Origin: Mizuhopecten yessoensis
Lineage: Eukaryota
Assembly: GCF_002113885.1 (NCBI RefSeq)
Contig: NW_018408893.1
Span: 365,073-429,072 of the forward strand
Direction of reading: 5' to 3'
Length of the DNA: 64,000 bases
The notes beneath the pieces are model-generated. The model was not told the origin of the DNA. It was given only the letters and a program-made list of their open reading frames with translations, and made no database searches. Below, piece after piece: positions 37,901 through 51,700 of the stretch. Each line of letters opens with the position of its first letter. Position 1 is the stretch's first letter. The position numbers were made by a program, and so were the translations under genes.

Positions 37901-40900
37901 CCTATATAATTTCCATGTCTTAACCTTGAAGCTCTCTTTATACTTGCCCTGTTTTAACCTGGACTTTTTCTACATTTTATCCATGTTTAAAGGTGGATTT
38001 TTCTTAATCCTTGCAATGTCTAAAACCACTATTTTCCTTCTTTCCTTCCTTGTCTAAACCTTGACTTTCTATATTGACTAACTATGACTCAATCTAAAAA
38101 AAAAACATGTCGGCAAACGTAACAACTCAAAGAGTCTCATCTCCCGTCGAAACTAATTGTCTTGCGATTTTGTAAGGTAGAGGTAAAGAACATTGCGTAT
38201 GTAGGTACAGTATTTACATTGTTTGCTACAGTAATATACACGAACGTTTGAAACAGATTCATTATTTATATATTGTTGTGATTGAAAATCGCTACATTCT
38301 CTCTTTTTATGTTATGTGTATACATGAATTTAGGAGGTACCTTCATTTTGTGGTAACTATTTAAACTTTCTTTACACGGAAATTACCAGGACAAAACAAG
38401 GTGTTTTACTAAAAAGATATTACATTTTATGAATCTTAATTGAATTATAAGGCATGCCTCATTGCATTTACAGCATTAAGAAATCCAGCATCACTTACAT
38501 TGTGACCCCCAATGCAAACATCTTCTCGTAGTCATCCCTTGACGAGTAATTTGGTATGACCTGTATTTGTCCAATTAGAATATATCTTGTATGACATGTA
38601 TTTCCATTGATATTAGATGATTATATGGCCCTTTATGTACCATCATTTGAATAATTTGAATACTTTATTCACTGATTTATACATTTATTATAATACGATA
38701 ATATATTTGGAAGACCCCTTAACACTTTGTTTATATTTTCCTATTACAGAAGTTTATTACGAAGTGGTTTCGATTCTGTTAATTGGCATTGATAATTGGC
38801 ATTGCCAATTTTTATAGAGACCATACCATGCCGTTCGTGATGACCAGTCGCGGAGCTGACGTACTGCTGGGGAAGAGGCCCAGAGGGTGTCCGGAATTCA
38901 TTACTAGGGTCTGATCGTCAGTCATTTCCGATAAGTATTTCATCAGCACCCAAAACTAAGACACAGGAAAAATATTGATTTTAAACCATCACGTGTATGT
39001 TTTCAATAATATGTATTTAGAAACAATCTTTCTTCGAAAATGCATACAAAGGTTAAACTGACTTTTTACATAGCATTTCATTAGAATGTAAGATTGTTTT
39101 ATATTTGAGGGTGTGTGTAATATGAGGATGGGTGTATGCAAGATGTTTTGTCAGGGTGGAAAAGTATAAATATGTTTTTTTTTTAAGGGTGGAAAAGTAT
39201 AAAGTGTGTTTTTGTCAGGGTGGAAAATTATAAAGATGTTTTGTCCGCATGGAAAATTATAAAGGTATTTTGTCAGGCCGGAAAAGTATAAAGATGCTTT
39301 GTCATTTGTTATTTCGTCTATTGATGATTGTAAGATACAATTAATATAAAAACCTGAGGATCGCCTGTGATTTCAGTGTTTGTTTGTTTGTTTGTTTGTT
39401 TGCGTTTACGGCCCATCGACAACTGTGGCCGTGGTATTTTGTTTTGATTTTTTTTAAACAAACATGTGAGTAGCGAAATTAAAATAAGATAAAAATGAAT
39501 ATGTTTAAAAGCATTCGCATGCTATTTGTAAATGATGAAAATAAAAAATGGGTTAAAATAACAAGAGATATAATGAATAGATTATATGGAATATGGCACT
39601 CGAAAGCAATTATCACGAATGTGTTTAAAATCGGAACTTTCTATTAAAAGATGTTCCACTGTAAATGGAGTGTCACATGCGTGGCATGTGGTTGAATCTT
39701 CTCGTTTTAAAAAGTACAAATGAGTAGGAATCCAGTGTTGGAATACACATGAAAAAGATCATATATTGCAATAAACAGTATTTTAACCTGTCGGAGAAAG
39801 GACTACATTTGACCATTGATTTATATTTATGTCAATCGTTCTTAAAAAAACAGTATCATATATATTGTGATATATTTATTTTTAACTTTCTTTCTCTTCC
39901 AGACATGCGCTATTTATAATAAATATAAAGCTGATGCATTGTATATAACCAGTATATAACCATTAGCATAACATTCATAGATATATAGCGACGTCATATA
40001 TACCTGTGCCCAGTTTGAGAGCACCTGTCCATTCCCACCATACGTCACTAACTCCTGTGGGAACTGAGCCACTCGGGGGTCAAGGTTGTTAAGAATCATA
40101 TGTATTATAGCTGCCGCATGTCGATTTCTGGCAGGTATTTCCCCAATAGGATAAGCCCTGTATGTAAAAATTGAAACTATTACTTGCTCAAACGAGAAGA
40201 ATGTATTTCTAATGAAACAAAATAGCACATTGGTAAAGTAATGTAATGTTGTTAAAAATTCGTGCTTGCCAGACATTATTGAAAGGTAGAATAAAGAAAA
40301 TCAGTATACTAAAATTTCTCACACCGGAACAAATTAGTTACTGACCATAAAAAGATATCAATAACAAATCAAAACATGCTGTACCCATTACAATACAATG
40401 TATAAGGAATGTCCGTCACATTACGCCATGTAACAGTTTACAAGTCTTTAATTAACCATGTTAGACGAAGATATTAAAAAAGCTGGTATATTGTACATGT
40501 ATGTACGACCAGGTGATACTTCCGCAACGAAGTTTAAAGCAACTCTAGTAGAAAACATTGGTTACGTAACACATGGTTCAACATGGCACATTCGTCCAGA
40601 CATCCCTCGTGCGTCTAGCATGCTCAAGAGTAGCAAATGAGAACTGTCACATATAAATCCAATAGAAAGCAGTCTGGAAATTTATACCGATTTATTGCAA
40701 ATTTACATGACACATATCGCTGATATTCTTAAATAAATATGATCGTTTTTGTTTAAATATATACACGGTCTACTCTGAAAAAATATGTTTTATCGCAAAT
40801 AATGAACAAAAAATATGAGAATGTAAGTTATAGAATTACCTTATCTGCATCTGAGGCAGGAATCGATACATGTATATATGACCATAACTCTGTAGTTCCT

Positions 40901-42380
40901 CGGCGAACTCTGGGGCCAACGTCTCGTGAAGGTTAGACGGGAAATACCGCAAGGCGTTCTCCAAAGCCAGCTATAAATAGAAATAGAAGAATTGGTTTAA
41001 ATAGATGTAAAAGAAAAATTGAAACAAAACTATAAAATTTGAAGTTAAACCATCTGTGTGATCTCTATAGAAGTTAATGGTGTTTTATAAGCAACACATT
41101 TTGTCGGACAGTGGATCATTCAAGGTATCTTACGAGAAAATTGGAATAATAAACACATGCGTTAGATAACATGGGAAACGAAAAGTTGTATATTTTTAAA
41201 AAGTATCTTCTAAATGAATTGAATCATTAAAGGAAAACAGTGAAGGCTAACATCCTTATGAGTACTCTTACATGTAACATTCAATAATGTCAAGCAATTC
41301 GTCGGACATTTAATGTCCATCTTTTTTTAACTGCTGTAAGAGATGATGGATTTAACAAATCAATCATTTAAGATTTTAGCTGTTAAAACAGGATAAATAT
41401 TGGGTTTTTCTTGGAAGATTTTATTCCTTTGGTATCAGTGACCTTTAGAATGGTTGAAGGTCATTCATTTGAATAAACTTGATAGTCCTTCATCTCAGCA
41501 AGCATTCTTCTGGCCAAATACAAAAAATAGGCCTTTTGCTTATCATGAAAAAGTCATTAAAAGGTTTTCCTGGTAATTTAACCCTCGTTTAAATTAAAAT
41601 GTTGACGCCAGACGGGCGAACGACGGACGCTGCACTACGACATAAGCTCGCTTGGCTGTTGTGTAGTCAGTTACAGCATGAGTGTGTGTTAGATTATGTG
41701 TGGGGCAGTATTGGTACATGTACAGTCTATGTATATTTTATGCCAATATAATGGTGCTTTGTGTTTAGGTTTCTGTGATATTGTTTCCACAGCAAGTTAT
41801 ATATATATATATATATCAGATATATCCATGTAAATGTATTCAAAAATTGCGTTAGTAAATATTATCAAAAGAAGTTTGGTAGTTAAGAGCTGTAGATGTG
41901 AGACGGATATAACGCTATACAGGTAGAATGGCGAAGTTTTTAAAGGTTACAAGACGGTTGTATACTAAGTATGTAACATTACTGGTCATAAGGCGATATT
42001 TGTACAACAGTATTCAGGTAGAAATGTGAAGTGGTTAGGGGTTATAAGACGGTCTATTTTCTTTACTTTTTTGTTTGTGTATCTATCAGATGATGAGGTT
42101 ATTTGGGGCTATTATACGGTACCAGTGTATCATTATACGGGTAACAAAGTTGGGAGGTTAAAGTATTACATCAACATGCGTACTAATGAGAGTTATACAT
42201 GTAAGGTGGTGAGTTGATGTTGAGGTACATGTACATCCCCACCACTAAACCTACCCTTTGTTCCGCAGGAGACAGATCGGGTGTCCGCACGGGAGCGTGG
42301 GCCACGGATTCATCCCTCGGTCGCCTCGGAGGAAGTGGGTCCAGTGGGAGACCCTCGCAAATTTCTTTCAAAGAGGACAT
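25952..42380 (-). CDS. UROC1: Urocanate hydratase, 21 coding exons, 678 aa: 42380-42255, 40970-40840, 40157-40004, 38955-38827, 38560-38499, 37654-37588, 35169-35113, 34589-34503, 33687-33536, 33028-32920, 32140-32070, 31475-31378, 31051-30943, 30594-30506, 30301-30231, 29916-29818, 29485-29386, 28373-28292, 27489-27441, 27208-27158, 26095-25952
   Basis: The exons sum to 2037 nt, form an open frame and are all flanked by GT-AG. Diagnostic motifs: NNLDPRVAQFPQELVTYGGNGQV, MYGQMTAGSYCYIGPQGIVHGT, TSGLGGMSGAQPKA, DQTSCHNP, RDHHDVSGTDSPFRETSNIYDGS, HNGGGVGWG. Confidence 0.97.
28960..29375. mobile_element. Probable non-autonomous element with a long subterminal hairpin in UROC1 intron 17
   Basis: gagaaatct.caacc..ggtattcttgattgtct [ccgaggctttgtcgagg] agacaatcgagaatatc..ggttggagatttctc folds back over ~28975-29092. 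The right boundary is uncertain. Confidence 0.5.
33915..34050. repeat. ~20-bp tandem repeat, probably a MITE interior
   Basis: ctataacgaccacctgtcta and variants, ~6 copies. Related accac.tgtgtt.agagacc units occur at 33285-33390. Confidence 0.6.
35225..36239. mobile_element. Non-autonomous Kolobok-like DNA transposon in UROC1 intron 6
   Basis: TTAA-ggatgtactcttctgag ... ctcagaggtgtacatct-TTAA. A TTAA TSD with RR...YY termini is the Kolobok signature; piggyBac ends are normally CC...GG. Confidence 0.75.
36484..37273 (+). mobile_element. 5'-truncated LINE (CR1-like): ORF2 C-terminus plus 3' UTR
   Basis: The ORF reads HVRIRMGLSALNKHRF..CDNC..EDEKHFFRNCSKYQNVR (C-x2-C-x8-H-x4-C knuckle). It is followed by CT/GT microsatellites, a short stem-loop and aataaa. 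TSD: ataccaacatatg (36471-36483) / ataccaatatatg (37274-37286). Confidence 0.85.
36912..37104. repeat. (CT)n-like and (GT)n microsatellites in the LINE 3' UTR
   Basis: Directly visible in the sequence. Confidence 0.9.
39140..39305. repeat. ~30-bp minisatellite, ~5 copies
   Basis: tgttttgtcagggtggaaaagtataaa variants. Confidence 0.8.
41440..41660 (-). mobile_element. HINE family A fragment in UROC1 intron 1
   Basis: Reverse complement of one monomer plus the 5' end (gttgacgccagacgggcgaacgacggacg..cataagctc). Confidence 0.6.
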
Positions 42381-43189
42381 TTTCTCTGTCTTCTCCACCG
42401 ACTGTTTATTATTCCGATCTTGTGTTTATCTTGTAAGACCTTGGCATTGACTTTATCTGTGTACAGGTGCGTATTACCGGTCATGAACCATGCTGACGAA
42501 AGATAACCATAGTTGTTAGGTTTATAGTGGATTTTGTGAAGAGACAGAAGCATTGTTAGCTTGCTTAAAATATTACAAGCATTTATCACGTTAAAAGTAC
42601 ATGTAAAATATACAGGAAACAATAAATAGAGGTAACAATTTGAATACTACCGATGAAGAAATTATGGTTTGGTGTATTTGCCTTGTCAAGTTCTGTTATT
42701 GAGGAAGCAGTTCGTATTTTTTTTACACTTAAAACAAATTCACCAGTTTACTGATTATAATAAACCGTAGCCTCAATTTTAAATTACGCTACTAAATAAT
42801 CCCAATTTGAATAAATTATACAATATAAAATAAAAATTCTTTGGCTTGCGCGTTCTGCTGACGTCATCTTTGCATATAATGTAAAAAATTTTAAAAAATT
42901 ACTTAGGTTTATAATGTTATCTGTTTATAATCCACTAACTCCTGCCAGTACATGTATAGGTACACTTTAACTTTGGGGTGTTTTTTTTGCTTTTAATCTG
43001 AGTGTTTTTCATCTTAGAAAGCTCTAAATCAACAGTAACACCGATCAAACTGCGCGTGATCCCGTAGACTACTATGTATGAAGATGTGTTTGGTATTCAG
43101 ATATAAATCAGGATGTTTTTGTTGGCTTACTCCACGCATCTACAATCCATTCCCTTTGAAGTTCCGCAACCGCAACTCCGAACGATTAC

Positions 43190-43385
43190 GTTTATTTACG
43201 TCCTTTTACAGCTATTATCATTTAAGGACGTGTCAGGTTCTGGTGGTGGAGAAAAGCCTGAGTTCCAGGAGAAAAAAAAACACCAACTCACGGTCAGTAC
43301 CTGGCGACCGCCCAACGTAGGCCTCGATCCCGCGACCCAGTGGTGGAGGGCTAGAGGTAGCAGTTGGCCACGTGACGTACCGCGG
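43190..43385 (-). mobile_element. tRNA-derived SINE (V-SINE-like)
   Basis: The minus strand reads ggtcgcgggatcgaggcctacgttgggcg (tRNA-Lys-like 3' half), a ttttctcctggaactcaggcttttctccacc core and the tail agctgtaaaaggacgtaaa. Confidence 0.65.
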
Positions 43386-44879
43386 CCCCCGTATACAGGT
43401 TCAGTACTGTTGTTTTATTTTTTGAACGTTATTTTTACTTTATTCGCGTCCACGATATTTACTCAAGTGTCTTTTATCAAAGGTAAAGAGAGTTTAAATA
43501 CACATTTAGATGGTTAAAATCACCAGATTTATCTTTTAAATCTCGTCAGCTGCAAACGTATTCAACATATTTTACACTATTGTTTAATTATATTTCAGCA
43601 GAGACGTATATACTGGTTTTATATGTCTCTGATTTCAGTCACATTTATGTCTTACGACAGATTGAAATTCAAACATTCAAAAAATATACAATTTCAAATT
43701 ACTATAGCCTAAAATGAACATGAATTTAACATAAATCAACTCACAAGGCTGAAAGTGAGAAGGTGACAGGTGATAGCGATATATAGTTGTCATTTTTTTC
43801 ACTAAATCGCTAACGCGAAACGAAGGCATGTTTTAGCCACAGATGAAATAGTTGATACCAAACAAGAAGAATTAAACCAATATTCAATCGAATTATATCT
43901 GTTCTAAATTGAACTGATCAAGACAACTTTTAGTCAGTTTATAAAGGTTGGAATTGGAGATAGATAAAAAAAATGTATTGTACTTTTAAATAAAAGTATT
44001 GAAAAATAAAATTCACCATGACAAAAAAAATGGAAATAGGTTGCATTGATACCCAGGTTCAATTCATTTGGAATTGGGTTAATCAATATTTCAATGGAAG
44101 ACATTTTCGATTGGTCAGTTCAACTGTACCTATCTGTAACAAAGATAGGTGCAAATGTTTGTCTTGAATTGAAATTAATAAATGTTCCACTGAATCAGGG
44201 ACAGTATACGTCCCTGACTGAATTGAATTTATCATAAAACTTAGGTGTACCTATCTTAAATTGCTTGAAGACAGCGAAATTATTTGAATAATATATATTG
44301 TGCGAGTCCAAAAGTGAACCGGCAGAAGGTCTGGTCTAGTCATATTTTTTTTCATTCTTGCATTTATCTAAGTTTTTTTAACATTTTAACTTGTGGAATT
44401 TTTTTAAGAAAAATAATATTTGAAATTGAAAAAAAAATGATGAAAAAAATAAAATATTATTTTCATACTGTCAGTAAATTATTGCCGAAAATCAACGGAC
44501 ACTGGTGGATAAAGTGCAAAACATAACTAATGAGATGTACTGTATGATTTTAAGTTACGTGTTTTGCTTGCTATGACAGTTCTGTGTTCTTTTGTTTTTG
44601 TTAAAATAGAAAAATATCTGAAGTCTCCTGTTACATTATGTAACACAGTAAATCCGGAAAATATGCACGGTATACGTTTCTAACTTTGATATTTATTGTG
44701 TTGTTCCGGTTTGACACGACGACAGGTGACAGGTGTTAAACTGTACGAAGGTGTGATTGTCCGGGATTATCAGCTTAGCAGATTCATTCTGATATATTGA
44801 CCAATGAACGTTAATTCAACACAGCTGTGACACGCGAATATAAGTTTGTGCCATGTAAATGACGCATTCGCCACACCTC

Positions 44880-44966
44880 CAAACTGCAATGTCTCAAGGC
44901 CAAGAGGAAACGGAAGTAATGATCCAATACGACACCGGAGATTCATCCCGTAACTCCGCTAAAGCA
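44880..44966 (+). promoter_or_regulatory. Proximal promoter/5' UTR of the SLC35A2-like gene
   Basis: ETS motif CGGAAGT at ~44911, a CCAAT just downstream, and local CpG enrichment before the ATG. Confidence 0.45.
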
Positions 44967-47900
44967 ATGGCGCCCTCCAACCCATCGGGTAAGATTGAAT
45001 AACCTCACAATTTACTTGCTATAAAGCAAGTTTTCATGATATTTCTCTTGTCCAGTTTTTCAACAAGCTACAACTCATATGGCAATTTCGTGGACGTTGA
45101 TTCATGCTCGGTAGATAAAGTGACTTAGTCGATTCACTAGCCGGTGTCTTATCTTCATAGATTCGATTGTTGATTGCGTTGTCAGGTTGATAGCCACGTA
45201 GTACTGATTATTTAATATTTATGCATCATCGCTCAGGCACGATTTTTTGATAACGGCTATTTTTCTTTTAAGAATTAAAACTGTGAAGATCAAGCCCATT
45301 TAGATGATTCCCCATTTATATTTTTAGGAGTTAACATGGAGATCTCAATGTCCATGACTGCTTTTAAAATTTGTTAGGATGATAATTTGATCTGTTTGTT
45401 CCTTTTATTATTCATATTTCTATTTATATTAGATAGTGACATTAATTGCTATATTATCAGATTATTGTTAATAAACTGATAAATGTGACGAAACACAATT
45501 GCTGAAATTGAAATATTTTTTTAAAATCTAACAATCTATTATTTACTGAAGCTGATAATTGAACAAAGATATTTTGCTGATACTGCAAGAATTCAGTTCA
45601 ATTTCAGCTTTTAGTAAAAATTTCATTGAAATATTTCTTAAAGGATTTGAGAATTTTAAAAATCCAAATGAGATTGCACTAAATAATATTAAACAGGCTT
45701 TCAATTGTTTTATGACCTCCACACTATTAATTATATTCATTTGAATCACAAATTGTCAGCATTTTTTCTTGCCAATTTGGTAAACGGCAACCTGGATGTA
45801 ATATGTTGTTTATTACCGGTAAGTTAGAAGTTTTCAGAACAAAGGTTGCATAATTTGACGGTCAGTTGGGTACATACAATAATTCTGGTGTAAATGTTAA
45901 ACAGTAGAAAAGTAAACCAACTTTGTCAGAGTAAAACATTGATAAGTTTTGACAAAAATAGCCGAAATTTCACATTCTTCTTGAAAGGGATATATATATA
46001 TCTACTGACGATATACTGTCGTTGGACGTGCAGTGTCAGGAACGTCATACCAGTGTTTTTTGCATATTGTCGTGGACATCTCTCAGATTTTCAGTGCTAA
46101 TCCTGGTTCAAGTTTATCATGTGACATTCAAATCTATATCCCGGTCGAATCTGGAGAGAAAAAGTATTCAGTATTTTTTGTGTGGCACAAGTGGGAAATT
46201 GGGAAAATCTGGCTGGTGTTATATTTAGAACCCAAATAATTTCAGGATATTTTTTGCTATCATGCAAAAATAAACAACATGCACAATTGGAAACAGGCCC
46301 AAATTTGGCCCCAAATATATTGGCAAGAAAAAACACTGGACATATCATGTTTCCTGGCAAATTTTATCAAAACTTTTTTTTTTGCAAATGCTTTTATATA
46401 GAAACAGAATTTCAAACTATCATTATGTTTATTAAAATAAGAAAAATAACTTGGGCATACAGGTACATATATATGTATTAAAAGTGGAATCACAATGTGT
46501 TTTTTTTCAACTATAGTTCTGTTCTTTAATGTACTAATGTAGCCTGTTAAAGTTCAAGATTTCCAAACTGTTTATTTTCTATTTACCTTAATAGAAATAA
46601 AAAATCTTAGCTATCAGCTGTTGGTCACTCTTATATATATATATAGTCTTGAAGTGATGACAAGAATCTTCAAGCAAGAACAGCTAATCACTAGACAAAA
46701 TCTTAAAAAGTACTACTTAATGATACTGTAAGTAAAGTCAGATTTATGTTAAGACTATAATACATCTTTAAACTAAGTTTCAGGTTGATTTGTGAAAAAT
46801 TTACTGAGTTATGATGAATTTGATTCAAATGACTAATGGCATGTCATGTGTGAATTGATCTGTATAACTAATATAACCAATAATTAAATATAAATAGTAC
46901 AGATATATTAAGTGAAAATCACACATATAAGTTCTGACAAACCTAACTACACTGGTTCATTATGCAGAAACAGATACAATAATTATAGAAACAGTTTAAT
47001 ACACAAGTGAATTTAAAAAAAAACCTTTTTATATGAGTTTCAATTAATGCAAGATTTTGTAAATTTAAAAAAAAAACTCCAATAAAAAACTTCCACTGTC
47101 CTCCTTTTTTTTCCGAACCTTGAGAAAAAAATCTGTTTCAATCGAAGTTCGTGTTTGGATTAATATTTCATTTGGTTGTTTTCTATCATTGCAGAGTCCA
47201 ACGCTCTCTTGAAAACTGTAAGCTTGGTGCTGTTAACTCTCCAGAATGCAGCTCTTATTTTGGTCATGCGTTATGTGCGGATTCGACAGGGAGATATGTT
47301 CATGGCCACTACAGCTGTCATTGTCTCTGAAGCTCTGAAGTGCCTGACAGCTTTAGGGATCGTATTTTGGGAGGAAAAATTCAGTGTAAAGAATTGGATG
47401 AAACATTTGTATAACAATATCTTCAGCCAACCAATGGACTGCATCAACGTATCAGTACCCTCCCTCATCTATGTCTTACAGAATAACCTCTTATATGTGG
47501 CTGTGTCGAACTTAGATGCGGCAACATTCCAGGTATATTTATATATTCTTAATACAGTGTATAGTTTAGTATTCACAGTGATAAAGGTTCTTAAAGAAAA
47601 GCTCAATTCAATACTAATGTATGTACAATACAATCGTACTTGTATGAAATTTAAGAAACCTGCTTTAGGTTTGTTGTCAGAAATTTACTGTCACAGAAAC
47701 GTGTACCACAAAATTACAATGTAATATATATGGTCCCATATATTTCTTACTTTCAATGGATACATGTTGATTATGATATTCATAAGTTATTAACTTGAAC
47801 AATTGAAATAGAACTATTCTCAAGATTGGTAAATCAACAAGGGAGATAAATCTTCTACTGAGAAGAAATCCTTCAGACCAAATCTGGAAGAAATCAAATG

Positions 47901-49228
47901 AGATACGCTAACTAGTTTACACAATGTTAAAACCAAGATGAAATAAAAAAAAAACCCGCTTTTATAACAATTGATTTTAGAACTATTCAATATTACTACT
48001 AGAATACAGTATACAATTGTGACTTAACTGAAATATTTATTACATGATCATCTCAATTATTTAGTGAAAGTATACAGTGTTGTTTGTGAACATTAGTCAA
48101 TATATTAGTTACATAACACAGGGGAAAAGTGTAGACACACCTGTCCAGAGTGAAAGAAAGATATAACTCACAATATCTCATCAATACATACCATTTTGTA
48201 TGTGCTTGGTCCTGCCTTATTGGTATAAGGAATGTATAAATGTACATATTATTTGTCCTAAAGAAATTTCAACACAAACATAGATAAATACATTGTACCT
48301 GTGTACACAAGTAGATCTCATTTAATTATGTAGCAGTCAGCATTGAAAAGTTTGCTGGTCACGTGTACAAGTATACCAGGAGTTACATGATCAATAAATT
48401 TACAATAAATATACAACATTTAATATAGCGCCCTACATGTATCTAGCTGACATAAGCCGCTCTAAAGCGCTTTACAGTACATAGATACACAATTAATATA
48501 TATACAGTAATCAATTCAATTTTGAGGAATTTGAGAACATTAACTGGTTTTGATGTTAATTTATCTGTTTACTACAGGTTACCTATCAGCTGAAAATTTT
48601 AACGACAGCCCTATTCTCAGTCGTGATGCTGAAGAAACAACTAAGCCGGTTACAGTGGGTGTCACTAGTGGTGCTGTTTATTGGGGTAGCCATAGTACAG
48701 ATGCAACCTGATAACACCCCAGCCAAGGCAGCGTCTACAGCAACAACGGAAGTCGTACAGAACCCGACCCTCGGACTGGTCGCTGTCATCATTTCCTGCT
48801 TAATGTCTGGCTTTGCTGGTGTTTACTTTGAGAAGATCCTCAAGGGTACCAAGCAGTCAGTATGGGTACGAAATGTACAGCTTGGGTCACTTGGGGGGGT
48901 CATTGGACTTATAGCCATGTACTTGAAAGATGGAGAGAAAGTAGCAGAAAAGGGTTTCTTTTTTGGGTATGATTATGTTGTTTTCATTGTTATCTTTATC
49001 CAAGCCTTTGGTGGCCTCCTTGTGGCTGTAGTGGTGAAGTATGCAGACAACATTCTCAAAGGGTTTGCTACATCAGCTGCCATCATCATATCCTGTATTC
49101 TATCCATGTACTTTTTTGATTTCCATGTCTCTTTCCAGTTTACTTGTGGAGCATCTTTAGTAATGGCGTCTATTTACATGTACAGCAAATTTGTACCAGT
49201 ACTTTCAACTAAACCTACAAATGCATAG
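44967..49228 (+). CDS. SLC35A2: UDP-galactose translocator (SLC35A family nucleotide-sugar transporter), 336 aa; coding exons 44967-44988, 47195-47532, 48578-49228
   Basis: Motifs include [48 protein letters not shown]|[28 protein letters not shown] and [20 protein letters not shown]. The N-terminal QNA/GD.F.ATTAV pattern is closer to SLC35A2 than to A3. Exon 1 (ATGGCG...G|gtaaga) joins exon 2 in phase 1. Confidence 0.9.
48410..48478 (-). mobile_element. L2/CR1-type 3' tail remnant in SLC35A2 intron 2
   Basis: The minus strand reads tgtaaagcgctttagagc...gggcgctatattaaa, resembling the L2-clade terminal stem-loop. Confidence 0.5.
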
Positions 49229-51524
49229 GTAACTATACAGACGCCTTTCACTGAAGTTACACATCAAAAGGCTATTTTCTTGGCACGTTCCAATAAAGTT
49301 ACAAATCCATAAGTTATCTGTTTTGAACCACTTGATTTTTCGAGAGAGATAAATATCCATGTTAACTGTTAACCGTCACATAGGCTCATTCTGGAATTTT
49401 GATCTTATGCAAATATCCTTCCAATGTATAATTACTGTCAGTTTTGAAGTATCATCCTCTCAATAGCGAAGTAAAGTACGTACCCCCGGTACAATCACAA
49501 GGAAAACCTACTTGCATAGTTCATGAAAATTACTCATGAAAAGAAAGTGATATCCGATTTTGTTAGCATATTCTTACCCTATATATAGATGACTTGTTTT
49601 TATGTACAATTTATATTTGTATGCATGAATACATAGTTTACATTAAAATGATTACAAGACATCCTCCATCCTACTGTGATGGAAGACATAATCCACTAAG
49701 AACCGTCAAAGTCATCCTTAATGAATGATAATTTGTTCTCTCTTAATTGTCTGGCGGATTTTATGGTCTCATCACAATGCTTGATTCATGATGTAATAAA
49801 AGACAAGGGAGATAACTTCAACACAAAATCTACACAGGTATAATGTGTAAGGTACACAATGACTGGATACTGTGGCAGAGTTGATGCTAGTTATTTTTTA
49901 ATGTACATGTATATGTGTTGTTTTATTATAATAAGGATAATCCTTTGCCTTCCCTTATTATTATTTGTAGACATATATATATATAAAACACAAAATTGAT
50001 AAAAAGATATCCTTTTCCCCCCTAAATATCGGAGATGCATTTATTAATTTCATATCAATTTAATCATGATAACGATAACATATGTTCAGAAATTATTGTA
50101 TATACATGAAACTGGGTGGCCATGGGGATGGATGGAGGTCAGCACATTTAATATTTGAACACATCTCTCTATAATATTACAAATGTTTGTTTTTTCGGTA
50201 GGATCCACATCTATATCTTTGTGGATTATCTCTGTCCGTCCATCTTTTGACATCTCTCTGCCTTTTTCCTTCTTCAACGTTCTTGAGTTCAATTTACAGG
50301 ATGTATCTTAAATACATTCCATAAGTTAGTATTTAACAGATGTGTATTTTGTGACATATCTCTCTCATGTGTAGTCCCTTTAAACTCCGAAATACTTGCG
50401 TTGTCTCTGTGAAAACAAAAAGTGGCCAATATATATATTCTGAAATTCAACATATATTATCCATCTTCTGATACCCATGGGTACATCGATTCCTGTCACA
50501 CTCCTGTCTCATAACGTAGAGACCATAATGACATATCAAAATAAGAATAAATGTTTTAGGGGCTGAGTGTGTGATGTCTCAATAATTTATATCATGCTCA
50601 ATTTGATTGGCAGAACCAGTATATGTGTTTTCCTTTTTTGCATTGCAAATAAGTTCATTATATTAGGTTGGTAGTGTTTTTTATACAGTTGACGAGAGCA
50701 GAAATGCAGATCTATATCAGTCATCATTACACTGCCTTTTTTTTGCTTTTTTTTAAAGATTACAATAAAGTATAGCAGGTACGGTCCCACTTGGAGACAA
50801 GAAACATTTGTTGTGTGATGACACCCCTTCCTTTCCAAACAAAGGGATTTAAAAAGGACCCAAGATTTTTTTAAGTGTCCTATTCAAGCTATGCAGAAAA
50901 AAACCTTATTTGAATGAAAAGGGCCATATTTTTGGAAACATTGAGGAAATAAATTTTTTTTGACCTAATTAATATTTGATTTTCACAAATCTTTATGCAT
51001 AACTGTTATTTTAGTGTTTGTCTTAGGAGATATCTATGTGTGATTTTGTGTCACAGATATATAATATATATACACTATCATCAGAATTGATGCAATGTTA
51101 TTATGACTACCCCGCACTTAGGGATGGACATTAAAGGAAGGAAACATTGACCCTCTAGAGAATACACTTCAAGGTATTTCTGATGTCCTTTTAAGATACG
51201 TATTTATTTTACATATAAAACCTAACTTTTTCCAAACAAATAATCAGAAGAAGAAAATTTCTGTCTAGACACCAACTTTGATATGAATGTGTCAAGTAAA
51301 AGTTGCACATGATCATATACCTTGATAATATATAATGATATTAAATAACAATGCCATACTCAATGGTGTATGATATACAAGTAACATTAAGTATATTAGA
51401 GAGTAATGTACAAGTTGTAAAAACCACATCAGGTAATTTGCTTTTTTTTTTAATATAAGTAAAAAATATAAATCACAATTTAAAAAAATACAACAAAGCT
51501 GTATCTGAGGAAATCCAGTGTGCT

Positions 51525-51700
51525 ATTTGTCACTGTTTACATGTAAGTGCTGTCATCATTTGTCATATTGTTTACATGTGAGTACTGTCATCATTTGTCA
51601 TATTGTTTACATGTGAGTACATGTACTGTCATCATTTGTCATTATTTACATGTGAGTACTGTCATAATTCGACCATAATACAACATGGTACTGTCACAGA
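51525..51700. repeat. ~33-bp minisatellite, ~4-5 copies
   Basis: ttgtcatattgtttacatgtgagtactgtcatcat units. Confidence 0.8.

Noticed and set aside
42381-42398. N-terminal extension of UROC1 suggested by the ORF track
   Set aside because: It uses a GTG start; the ATG at 42380 gives the conserved MSSL N-terminus.
46805-46870. ATGATGA with a short terminal stem in SLC35A2 intron 1 (C/D snoRNA candidate)
   Set aside because: There is no CTGA D box at the 3' stem (it reads CTGT) and no recognisable guide sequence.
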